A DNA stretch of 63,979 bases, the filler included, from Perkinsus olseni (lineage: Eukaryota): assembly GCA_013115125.1 (NCBI GenBank). It is 3 parts of 3 records of this genome, joined end to end, with 100 filler letters (N's around TTAATTAATTAA, not from the genome) between each part and the next. Parts side by side here need not be neighbours in the genome. Positions count along the whole stretch, not along the records: positions 47,097 to 63,979 come from JABANN010000665.1; 2 more parts are not named here. One strand, given 5' to 3'. Of the stretch, positions 50,287-61,941 are shown piece after piece. The position numbers and the translations under genes were made by a program. The number at the start of each line of letters is the position of its first letter. The first letter of the stretch is position 1. The notes under the pieces are model-generated. The model ran no database searches. It was given only the letters and a program-made list of their open reading frames with translations, and was not told the origin of the DNA.

Positions 50287-50930
50287 CTAGACGCGACTGT
50301 TGGGCAAAGACCCAGCCGCCCTGTTTGAGCTCAGCCTCCAACCCGTGATCATGAAGATTATCGCGATGACGACCAGGTAGATACCAAGCACGATATACGC
50401 CCACGATGAAGCGCCATTCTGCGAGCCGCCGCCAATGAAGAGAAGACCCAGATAGAGATACAACAGACCTCTGCCAGTGAGGGTTCCGAGGAAGGCGGCG
50501 CGCTCAACGAACCAATTCGTAACGCCGGAGCTTGGCACGATCTCGATGAAGCACAGGATGATACCGAATATGAGGTAGAAAACTATGAGGATGTAGGTTA
50601 GTGGGTTGAGCACCTATGGATAAAGTCAGAATGATATGCTCACCTTCGACCAGATCCGTCGCAAGAAAGCTTACAGAGTTCGCGAAATTGAAGCAGCTTA
50701 GTATCGACACGACGATGATGCCGATGGCGGCCAGTGTCCCTAGGATGCGTATGTAAACAGGGTCACCCTCAGTGACTTTACCCCACACATTCTGAACCTA
50801 CAGGGGTCCAGAGTATACTCGAGCGAGGTGAAGGGCGAGCACTCACCCTAGCCTTGAATCCAGTGGACTGTGGTCGCTCGCCCGGAGTGAAGCTTTGCGC
50901 TCCGATAGTTGATGATTGCGGACCCGCCAT
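50287..50930 (-). CDS. COPI-associated/TVP15-like Golgi membrane protein, paralog 1
   Basis: NPLTYIL..YLIFGII..IE..FLGTLTGRGLLYLYLG; three exons. Confidence 0.85.
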
Positions 50931-51223
50931 AGATGCGGAGTTGATAACACTGCTAAGCTGCGCTCAGACAAGACACACGCGCCCACGCACTCATCAGCCA
51001 CAACGGTGGAGACTACTGCTAAGGGGGCTGCTCCTCTCCATCAACTTACTGTCGTCACGAGGCTGGCAGAAAGAGAGTCTGAACCTTGTCGGATACGTAG
51101 GGCCCCTCCTCAAGGTCCCAACGCGAGCACTTCGAGATCGAAAACGTTCTAGATAGAGGTGAAACCCATGGAAAAGACGCTTGCAACAGAAGCGCACTGA
51201 ACGGGTTGAACTGCAGGACGCAT

Positions 51224-52101
51224 TTAGACGTTACTAGTCGGAGAGGAGGCACTCCTACTGTCAACGTAGCCAACCACGAAGTCGGCTATGGCTAGCAGTA
51301 GTAGGTAGATACCGATAATGAGGTAAGTCCAGGATGTAACACCATTTTGAGCCCCTCCGGTGACGTAAAGCAGCCCAATGTACAGGTATACCAGACCTCG
51401 CCCGATGAGCGTACCGAGGAAAGGAGCCCAACGTAGTATTGCTTCTGATAGGAACCACGATGGAGCCACTTCAACCGCTAGGAGTGTGAGCCCGAATATC
51501 ATGTAGAATATCGATAACATGTACGACAGCGGACTGAGAACCTGTAGGGGACACTCATTGTACATTAAGACGACCAAGAGAAATCATTGTATAGATTATT
51601 ATGAATACAATAATTGGTTATCATTATTATATACATTAGAATTCGTAAAACAGTGAGCATGTGGATCACGTTTTCGCATGATCCTCAGATGCAAAGAAGG
51701 CGCACAGCTGAAATAATCTTACCAGGTTGAAGAATCTGAAGAAGCCGAAGAAGGCGATGAGCACGATCAAGAAGGCGCCGACGATGCCAGCAATCTTCAG
51801 TATCGGATTAGAGTTGCCCATGAGATCACTCCATGCTGTTCGTGCCTGATGGGTGACGAGAATCAAAGGTATCTGGACGTTCCAAGGGTAACTCCATACA
51901 AACCAGCCCGCCATGTAATGATTTCAGAGCGTTACGAGAAATATTTTGTCGTTTGACGGTGACCGCCGGCTCGGAGACGATCCAATGCGGGCCACTCCCA
52001 ATCTCCAAATTTGCACCACCCTCCCCCACTAAGCTAGCCACTACTACCTTCTCCTTAAATGAGGATCCAGCAGTTGCCGTGTTGGTCGTTGAATTCTCCA
52101 T
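51224..52101 (-). CDS. COPI-associated/TVP15-like protein, paralog 2
   Basis: First exon MENSTTNTATAGSSFKEK is followed by GT. Later exons read SPLSYML..YMIFGL..VE..FLGTLIGRGLVYLYIG. Confidence 0.85.
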
Positions 52102-52432
52102 AGAGAGGTATTACGATTCGGTTGACGTGGTAAACAAAAATGTGACGCGAGACAAGTGGCACGCCAAAATGATCGATTGCATCATGCGTTGTCACGGTTT
52201 TCGACCCCGGTGGAGGTTGTGTTGTATGTCCCTGTGTATTGCCACGTCTGCTAGCCTCGTCCTCGTTCTAGGACTTTCCGTAAGATTTATGGATGATTAT
52301 GTAAGGGTCGGAGTGTTCTCAGTTGAATTTGCAGGAAAGAAAATCCCGTGTGCGCGTAGGTGATCTCAGCTTGTACGGCGAAATAATGTGGTCAGTTTCT
52401 GAGTTTAAAAAGTTCATCCAAAGTCTGCTATA

Positions 52433-53033
52433 ATGGCCGCCGTTACCTCTACTCCCGGTATGAAACCCAACCTCACTTGGAAAGAGCGAGTAAGTTCATT
52501 CTCTCTTCTCATCTGTTACTGATTCCGCTGCAACAGTCCGATTTTGATACGTTCTTCCCGATGTTGATTTTCTTCAGGTCTCTCGAGCTTGGTCGGACAC
52601 GACTAATGGCAGCAACGCCTTGATTCGTATTCTCGGCGTGTTGGCTGCTCTTGCGACGTTCGTGGCCGGCTTGCTAAGCATGTTCAACTTCTTCAACATG
52701 GTTACTAATCCTCTGTCCTATATCCTCGGTGTATTTTTCATGATATTTGGCTTCGTGCTGACCTTCATTGAGTTGTTCCCTGGATCAAAGTTCTCCAAGG
52801 TCGTCTTCTCTCAAGCCAAGTTCCTGAGTCACCTACTTGGACGTGGTTCCTTCTACCTCTACCTTGGTCTTCTGTTCACTTGCGGTGGTGTCCAGCATGG
52901 ATTCACGTCCATCGTGACTTTCGTTGTTGGCCTGTATCTGATCGCCGTCGCCGTCATCTTCGGTGTTTGGGGGTTCACTCATCGCAAGGAAGTGTCCGTG
53001 ACTGAGCCTCTCAACGGTGCTACTAATGTATAA
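52433..53033 (+). CDS. COPI-associated/TVP15-like protein, paralog 3
   Basis: First exon MAAVTSTPGMKPNLTWKER is followed by GTAAGT. The second exon reads NPLSYILG..FLSHLLGRGSFYLYLG. Confidence 0.87.
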
Positions 53034-53607
53034 GCCTATCAGTGGTTTCCAAGTTATTCTTCGTAGACACTCATTGCCCGTAAGATTTTGTACGAGAACA
53101 CTTGTAAGCGAGTAATAAGTTGGCGTTCCTTGCTGTGGCTGAACAGTGATTCTAGGCAATAGCAAGTTGCTTTCAATGGCCGTTCTCAATAGGGTTACTC
53201 AGAGAAGGTGTTGTGTTGTTGTTGTGCGAGTGTCACAGTGCTGTGCATCATGGGAACTCGTGCAAGGGCAACAGGTAATCAGTTGTGATTGCGCACGATA
53301 TTGTTTCTAATCAAATTTCTGGCTACTTGTCTTTTTGTTGTTGACTCCGTCGAGCTCGTCGGCTTTGGAAAAGTCTTGAGGCTTGCTGCAGTCGTGTGAT
53401 ATTTCGTCACAAATCGGACAAGTCTTGGGTCACTAGCTGCTGTCATTGTCTCTGTCACACCTTTGTGCTCACCGTTGTGTAGGTTCCGACGAGCAACAGA
53501 CGCAGCTACTGTGGAAACTGTTGCGCTATTGCCTCTTCTCGTGGCGTCTCGAATTGGTTCGGATCAAATTGTGAAGTGTAGCCAGTAGTTACTCATTTAT
53601 TTTTATC

Positions 53608-54183
53608 ATGTCTGCTGTCAAAGAACCTGAAGACGATACTAAGCTGAATCTTACCTTTAAAGAAAAGGTAGGGAGAATGAGCTTGGAGCTCAAAGCGGCA
53701 CGCGTCCACTGCCGTCAGCTTCGTTATGCTTTTGAAGATCCAACACCTCACAGCAACACTTTCATGCGTGTTATTGGTATCGTTGGCGCAGTTGCAGCCT
53801 TCGTGTCCGCCATAATCGCTTTCATTTCCTCCATCGTAGAGTTTTCCTTCATGCCCCTTTATCGTACTCCTCTCAACTATTGTGTGATCGTCTTCTTTAT
53901 CATTTTCAGTGCGTTGATGCTTCTTATTGAGATCTTGCCAGGATCGATGGCATCCAAGGGTGTCATTGAGGATGCTAATTTCCTTGGCAATTTCTTCGGT
54001 CGTGGGTGGTTTTACTTTGTCCTTGGTATCTTCTACGTGTGCAGTGGCCATATCATCTGTGCCCTTGTTGGTATATATCTGCTCATCGTCGCTGTCATAT
54101 TCGTGACTATGGGGGCGATTCGCTACGCGGAAGAGCGAACAGCCGAGGAAAAGGAGGCTAAGGACCAGGTCATTGAAGTATGA
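53608..54183 (+). CDS. COPI-associated/TVP15-like protein, paralog 4
   Basis: Reads TPLNYCV..LLIEILP..FLGNFFGRGWFYFVLG. There is a probable in-frame 51-nt intron at 53668-53718. Confidence 0.85.
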   Translation: MSAVKEPEDDTKLNLTFKEKVGRMSLELKAARVHCRQLRYAFEDPTPHSNTFMRVIGIVGAVAAFVSAIIAFISSIVEFSFMPLYRTPLNYCVIVFFIIFSALMLLIEILPGSMASKGVIEDANFLGNFFGRGWFYFVLGIFYVCSGHIICALVGIYLLIVAVIFVTMGAIRYAEERTAEEKEAKDQVIEV

Positions 54184-54710
54184 GCCGTACCATAGGCTTT
54201 GGAGGCTACGGTTGAGCTTGTTTCTTCTCTTATACCCATACCAGCTCATCCACCATCATTGTGATTGATGGCTTCAATATCTGATTGTAAATTCGAGCCG
54301 TTAAGAAGGTTTTGCGTTGTCTTAGATGGTTCGAGTGTTGGTCAGCGCCTCTCCCAGTAAAGCAGCGTCTGTCAGAGTCGAACGACTAGTTTATTATTAG
54401 TTAGTCTGAGCCATGTTGAGGATTTTGGTCTAATGCGTAAGTCTCGTCGATTGTGAGCTCTGTGTTGTGAATGAAGAGGGTAGTGCCGCACACGCTGTGT
54501 CTGTTTAACCAACTCCGTGGAGCTACAGTATCAAAGCTGCCGTTTACAAAAACCAGCGTCCGTTGGGACATGAAGGAATATAGACCCTTACTCTCACCAA
54601 GCATCCACTGCTGAAGTCACGCAATCGTTGCTAATTCATTCGAGGGACATCCCAGGCTGCATCGTCCGATCAGCAGCTATCTCTAGCTTATGACATCAGA
54701 GGTATCACCC

Positions 54711-57700
54711 ATGAGGAAAGGGGGCTCGCAGGCGAACACAGAATCGCGGGCGAAAGACAAGAAGGCGAAGGTTCCGCTGGTGCCTCTTTGGTCGCTGTTT
54801 AGATTTGCTTCCACGACTGAGAAGCTGCTACTAGGTGAGAGGGCGGCAGCGCGAGAACTAGCCCGGGTCACGCTGATGATGTCGAAACTCAGGTGTAGCC
54901 GTCCTCTGTTCGATCGCCCATGGTATAGCTATGCCCCTCTTTGCATTCGTTATGGGAGATGTAGTGGGTACGTTGCTCTGGTGTTAGCGGCCGTTGATTA
55001 TCACAGCAGATACTATTGGTGACCCGAAAGATCCTGACATAATGGATATCATAATCGAGCAGAGTCTCTGGATGGTAGGCGGCGGTCGTTTTCAAGTATT
55101 GCTCCATAGTTGCCATCTAGGGGTATATTGGCATTGGTACCACCGTTGTGGGAGGTCTCTGGCACGGCCTTCTGACCTACGTTGCCGCTAAACAAGCTAA
55201 CAAGATGAGAGTTGCATATCTAGAAGCGGGTAGGCGACTCGGTCCAGTCCACCACCTCGTTTCTCAGTTCTATCGGAATGCCAATTGTGGGTCTATGTCA
55301 TACTAGTGAGGTGTCGCGCTTCTCAGTGCTCTCCTCGGATATTCGCTACTTTGATGAGATGTCACCAGCTGAGTTGCCAACGAGGATGACGGAGGATGTC
55401 GCTAAGGTAGGGTGCCGGCTTTCGGCTTTCTGAGCCAATTTTATCATCGCTGTGGTCGGATTTGGGTGTCCTCTCGGTCAATGACATGGTCGTTCAGGTA
55501 CAGGATGCCATCGGCTTCAAGATTGGCATGTGCTTGATGAACCTCTCGATGTGCGTTTTTGGGTTTGGATTTGGTTTCTACCGCGGATGGAAGGTGAGGT
55601 GGGCACTGCAACAATCGCCTACAGCAATTCATCATGTTAATTGCCATTCTTGGCAACAGCATTGACACCCTACCTGGTAGATAACTCTTGTCATGCTGGC
55701 GGCAATGCCCGTAGTGATTGCCACATCGGCCCTGTTGGGTATGGTCATGGCCCAAGGGGTGGTGGAGACACAGTCCTGGTATGCTAGGGCCGGCGCGGTC
55801 GCCGAGGAGGTAAAAACAGGGTAGCATGCCGTTCCTCTTGTAGTGGCTCGTAGGTGCTGAGCTCCATAAGAACGGTTACCATGTTCGGTACACAACAGAG
55901 GGAGAGCGATCGTTACGGCAGCTGCCTTGCTGAAGCCAAGAAGGGTACGACGGTGCATCGCTCCGCTCGAAGTTATCATCTCCGCAGGTGGCATCAGAGC
56001 GGGAATGCAGAACGGCCTCGGCGTGGGTCTAGCATTCTGTTCGATGTACTGCACCTATGCTCTGGCTTTCTGGTGAGGCTATGGGCCGCTTGTCAGCCCT
56101 TGCCATCCTGGGGTGTAGGTATGGTGGTACCTTAGTAGAGGACAACGAGATCAATGACTATACAGGAGCGCCGTATAATGGTGGCGACGTCCTTGCCGTG
56201 TTCTTCTCCGTCATTATGGGTGAGTCTACCTAGCTTGTGCGTACTGTACGACCATCGTATCCTCGGGACTATGAGACTTGGAGACCTTGCGTCGTTGTTG
56301 TAGCTACTAGCATTGAAGTGATCATCATTGCTCAGCAACCATCCTTCTCTCAGCTACCTTCGGCCTCGGACAGGCGATGCCGCCCTTACAGACCTTCCAG
56401 GGTGGTCGAGCGTCTGCCTATGCTATACATGAGTTGATTGACGATCGTACTCCGGGCATCGAGGCCAGGATGCCGCCAAAGGGAGGTAGCCCCGCTAGGA
56501 GGACGCTTATTTGAGTTGCCAGACGATATGCAGGTTCGTCGGCCGATGCTACTCTCCAAGACCCGCCTAAGATGGACTCTCTGAGTCTTGAGAACGTCAC
56601 TTTCGCGTACCCATCGCGGCCCGATGTGACCGTCTTGAATGAAGTCTCGCTGACCATCAAGCCTGGCATGAGGGTTGCCATTGTCGGCGAAAGCGGTTCG
56701 GGAAAAAGTAGGGGCACGTGTACCGGGCAGTTACGCCGCGGATGGTCCTCCTTCAAGGTACCGTAGTATCTCTTCTGGAGAGGTTTTACGACCCATGCTC
56801 TGGGCGAGTGCTGTTGAATAATGAGGACGTTAAGGAGCTTCAAGGCGGCGCGCTGGCTCTTCGAAGACTCTTTGGGTACGGGTCCATCGTTAGAATCGGC
56901 GGCGAAGTCTGCTTCTCAGTTATGTGGGCCAGGAGCCTGTTCTCTTCGCTGCTAGTGTCAGAGATAACCTCACTTATGGCTTGGATTACACTCCAACGGA
57001 TGAGCAATTGAAGACGGCATGCAAGCACGCTAATGTGACCAGGAAAGACCCCAAGGGGGTTGTGGGAACTACGTAGCCCCTCAGGTTCATTCCTTCATCT
57101 CCTCCCTACCAGAAGGGTATAATACATATTGTGGAAGCTCTAGTGGTGGAGGTAGTCAAATCTCGGGAGGACAGAAACAGCGTGTAGCGATAGCACGGGC
57201 ATTACTCAAAAACCCGCAGGTGATAATAACTTCCATCAGTAGACTAGAACGTTAATGATTACTAAACAGATACTTCTATTGGATGAGGCAACATCTGCTC
57301 TGGATAATGAGAGTGAGAAGATGGTACAGGAGACCCTCAACGAGTAAACGGAAAACTCGGTTGTCTTTCAATTCTTCCCCGACAGATTTGCCGCTTCGAC
57401 AATCTTCATCCTCCGCTTTTCGATAGTCCATGTGGATCTTGACTCGGCAGTTCTGAGCTCGAATTTTCCTATATTGCTAATGTTCAGGTTGCAGAAGACG
57501 ACCCACCTCACCACCATCTCCATAGCGCACCGCCTTTCTACGATTAGAAGCTCTGATGTTATCTTTGTCATGCACGAGGGAAGGCTGGTCGAGCAGGGCA
57601 CTCACGATGAGCTCATCGGTAGTGTGCGCCGTCAGATTTCGATCGAGGATGGCTCTGGGCCGTCAGGTATTGCGGACGGATTCTACGCCAGCTTGGTATC

Positions 57701-60700
57701 TGCGCAGGAGGCAGCCGCTGGGGCTTCACATACGACGAGGAAGGCGAGGTGGGCAATCCTTGTTGCAACATAGTCGGAATTGTTGATGAACCATCAGTCT
57801 CGCGGAGAAGGCCTCGTGTACCCCGGCTCAGAGTGAAGTGGATCTCGATATTGCCGTGGCAGTGGAGCCTGACGAGACAGAGGAAGTGAGAGAGAAGAAG
57901 CGCATTGCCGCGGTGGCGAAGGCCTACAAGGTAGGGTTCCTCATCCTTGGTTATCAGAAGAGGATATTGCCAGGTGCCATGGAGGAGGCTGTTCGCCTTC
58001 AATAAGCCTGAGTGTGCCTTCTTCGTACCCGCGTTGTTCGGCTCAGCAATGTTTGGAACTGTGATGCCGATGGAGGGCTTCCTCCTGGCTCGGGCAATGA
58101 GGGCATTTTACGACGATGACCTTGCCGAGCTCATGAACGGCGTGGAATGGGCGGCTATCGGGTAGCGGGTCTCGTCTGCAACGATGTGTGTCCTTATTCT
58201 AGCACTCTTGTATAGATACACTCTAGTCGCCTTTGGTGCGTTGATAGGGGCGACACTACAGTTCTCCTGCTTCGCGGTTATCGGCGAGAATCTAACGATG
58301 CGGATACGCCAGCTCATATTTGCTAAATTTCTGCAGCAGGTAGGCTGGCCTGCCCCTGAGATGTGCTGTGGCTTATGGTATTTCGGCAGGACATAGGATA
58401 CTTCGACGACCCTGAGCATTCGACGGGGAAGCTGACCTCCTCGCTGTCCTCTTATGCTCTCAAGATGAATACCATCACCGGCATGCAACTAGGTGGGCCT
58501 CGGGGGAGAAGACTTGTGTCGCGTAGAAAATACAGTCAGAAACGACCAAATAATGAAACTTTAAACACAAGTGAGGCCCCTATGCCACGTGGGGCGAGAG
58601 CGGCTGTCAAACAATTGAAGTACTGAGCCAGTATCTGAGTGATGCATCGAGCTGGTGCAGCCGCTACCGTCACGTGGCATAGTGGCCTCACTTTTGCATG
58701 TTGCATGTCTTTCGTTGTCAACTGTATTGTTGTTTTCAACTCAGGAGTGTTCTGCCAGTTTGCAGCCTCTATAGTGTCCGGTTTGATCATAGCCTTCAGT
58801 GCCGATGTAAAGCTCACCTTGGTGATGATGGCGTGCTTGCCGGCCATGGCGGGCGCAGGTAGGTGTTGAATGAGGCCCACTGATTTGAGTCGATGCCTGG
58901 TTGTGACCAGGAGCAATCCAGATGGCTGTGATGATGGGCATGGATGGCTCCTCGGCGAAGAAGGAAGCTAGACAGGCTGCACAGGTCCGTGACGTCCATC
59001 AGTGACTGTGATGTCAGGATGATGGGTCCTCTCAGGTTGCATCGGAGGCTGTACAGAATATGAAGACGGTCCGAGCTCTCGTCGCCGAGCGAGCTACACG
59101 CGATACGTGAGTTAGCAAAGCAGAGCCATTGTGGGGCTCCACTCTATCGTTGAGCCCGTGAAGGGTTGGACTATCTCTTACTCTGAGAAGTGATGGTTTT
59201 CAGGTACCAGGATCTGCTGGACAAGTCTGCTGAAGGCCAAGGGAAGCTGTCCTCGATATCGGGCTTCTGGTTCGGCCTCTCTAATGGTCTGCTGTTTGGA
59301 GGAATGGCTCTTGGGTTCTGGTGAGGAGGTGTGGCCACCTTCTCGCAGTCGACTTGCACCAGAAGACGCAGTGAATGCCTTTGAGTATATCCAATGAACT
59401 CAATGCTGTGATGGTTAGTGGAAAGCCTAGTCATGCGGAGAGTTCATATGCCACCCCCAGGCGGTGAGGTGGGGATATTTCACCTCACCCGTTAGTCCCC
59501 CTGTTTGGTGTTCTCGCTCGAACCACTGAAAGGAAAAGGCGTACTAAAGCGCACTGAAAGGGAAAGGCGGAGGTGTCACTGACTGAAAGCTGTCAGGTAC
59601 GGAGGGAAATTGATCGTAGATGAGGGGCTAGCCTTCGACCAGATGTTGCAGTCGCTCATGGGAGTCTTCCTCTGCGCTATGGCAGCGGGACAGGTAGCGG
59701 TCGCAACCTCGATTCTCGTCGGCGCTGCTACCTCTCGGAACACTGTATGGGCTTCGTTCCTCTCAGTCGATGGCATTTCTAGGCGATGTCGATGCAGCCA
59801 AGGCCGCTGCCCATGACGTTTTTGGGCTCCTAGATGCTGAGACCTCCATCGCTATATCAGATAGCTCCTCTAGCAAAGGACAGGTTCGCTGGCTCTCCTC
59901 TCGAGTTCACAGCATTGGTTGCTTTCACTCAGTCAACTCAAGACGGGCAAGGCATGCGAATCAAATTTGACAATGTCTCTTTCACGTACCCTCATCGCCA
60001 GGGGGTTAAGGTAGGGGAATAATCATGGGAGTCGCGTCGTTAAGTTGGTACAGGTACTCGACGGACTCACGTTTGAGGTTGAAGCTGGCCAGACAGTAGC
60101 ACTCGTAGGGCCGAGCGGAGGAGGGAAGTCAACAGTATTTGCTTTATTGCAGAGATTCTATGACCCGACTGGCGGAGAGGTGAGCCACACCTGCATCATA
60201 GGCCTCAGCGACTTCCACAGATCCTCGTGGATGACCCAGCGACAAAACTGACTGAAGCTGGGTTGGTGCCTTGGAGAAAGCATATCGGTTTTGTATCGCA
60301 AGAACCTGTGCTATTCGACATGTCCCTGGAAGATAACGTCCGATATGGGTAGGTCGCCGTGACGGCCTTGCAGCTCTTTATCATAGAGCGCCTGTTTGCA
60401 TCTTGCCAGCGCCCCTCCGGTGACTAGTGCAGAACTTCACAAGGCTTGTAGCCGCGCTGGAATGGACGACTTCGCTGGAAGCAAAGTTGCGTGGGACGCC
60501 CAACTCGGACCCAGGGGAGGGCTGCTGTCCGGTGGACAGAAGCAGAGAGTAGCCATCGCACGTGCGCTCGTCAGGCGCCCACGGTGAGGGTCTCGTCGAC
60601 GATGCTGGTTTAGTGGGTTGCTCGCAGGTTGGTTATGTTGGACGAGGCGACTTCTGCCCTGGACTCTGCCTCGGAGGCTACAGTCCGGAAGGCCATTGAC

Positions 60701-60947
60701 AACTTCATCACGGCCAGAACGGCAGCACTAGGTTAGAAAGTGGTGGAAAGTGTTGCTATGGTGAAGTGCTCGCATTTTCTTAGATAAGCCTACTATATTA
60801 ATCATCGCTCATCGTCTTTCGACGGTCCAGAATGCTGACAGAATTCTGGTGATCTCTGGTGGGAAGTTGGTCGAGAGCGGGACGCATAGCCAGCTGCTAT
60901 CTGAGCGAGGCGTCTACTACGGCCTCTACATGAAGGGCGCATCCTGA
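54711..60947 (+). CDS. MDR1: ABCB (MDR/P-glycoprotein) full transporter, TMD-NBD-TMD-NBD, many introns
   Basis: Contains [18 protein letters not shown] and [11 protein letters not shown]1 has [16 protein letters not shown] and [14 protein letters not shown]2 has [24 protein letters not shown] and LDEATSALD. Stop is at 60945-60947. Confidence 0.95.
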
Positions 60948-61941
60948 TCGCGCTCTGCTATAGTCACATGGCATCGGGCCATGGTCGTAGTTGATGATGA
61001 TAGAATGAAGTTTTACTCGTTGTGTGTGTTCATGCATGCACGCTGCTGCTGCTGCTGCTGGTGCGGCTGTCCTGAAAGAGGTTTTTTTCTGTCAATTTGG
61101 GCGTTATGAGGCTTTTCGACCGCCTATGGGGAAGATCGGCCTACTGCACACAACTCAAACTTATCAGCTCGTCTGAGAAGTATTGAACGCGAAGGAAACT
61201 GCCGCGTAACGAATGTCCGAGTTTGTCGCCAGGGCCCAGCGCGGAACTCGCTTTGTGAAAGCGAGATGGAGACTGTGATCAGTGTGTCCTCCGGCCTCGA
61301 AATGGTCTTGCGTAGCTCTGGCGTCATTGTCACCAATGCGGAGCTCATTATCCATTTCACCGTGCTTATAATGATAGTCACACATTCATTTGAAATTGAG
61401 GATAACAAATGAGTACGTAATTCTCCTATATATAGAGTCATATCATTGTTCGCCTTGTGCCGCAAAGATGATCTGAAAGTCGTTGTAATCTCTTCCTGAG
61501 GACTTTCATACCGGTCGATATCGTGCGTCCGATGCACCATGCATATGATTATTGATGTATGCGACGCGGAGGCCACTATGCAACGCGACGATAGAATGGC
61601 AATTGAGTAACTGAAGCAGTGTTCAAGCACTGAGTGCTACCTCGAACCCCAGCGGCAGCATCTGCTGCGGCTACGCGGCATAGTGGCCTCATTACTGTCA
61701 CAAGAAATTGTATTATCTTCGTTATATACTGTAGTGGCGAGTGGCAAGAGGATTGAGAGAGAACAGCGGAAATGGAGAGTAGAGGCGACTTTTTTCATTG
61801 AGCTCTAGCTTGTTGAAGTACCCACTGTGCTGCGGGTGCACGAGTAATCTAAGCGGACGCCTCGAAACGCGTGGTCGCAGGTTATCTGCAACGTATTTAT
61901 TGCGATATTTTCGGCTTGTGCTTGGTTCTTTGGAACTGTCA

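Noticed and set aside
53593-54249. 218-aa minus-strand ORF
   Set aside because: It is an antisense shadow of TVP15-like paralog 4.
59464-59570. Small hairpin GGTGAGGTG/CACCTCACC and a short direct repeat in an ABCB intron
   Set aside because: They are too short to support an element or RNA call, and no TSD was seen.
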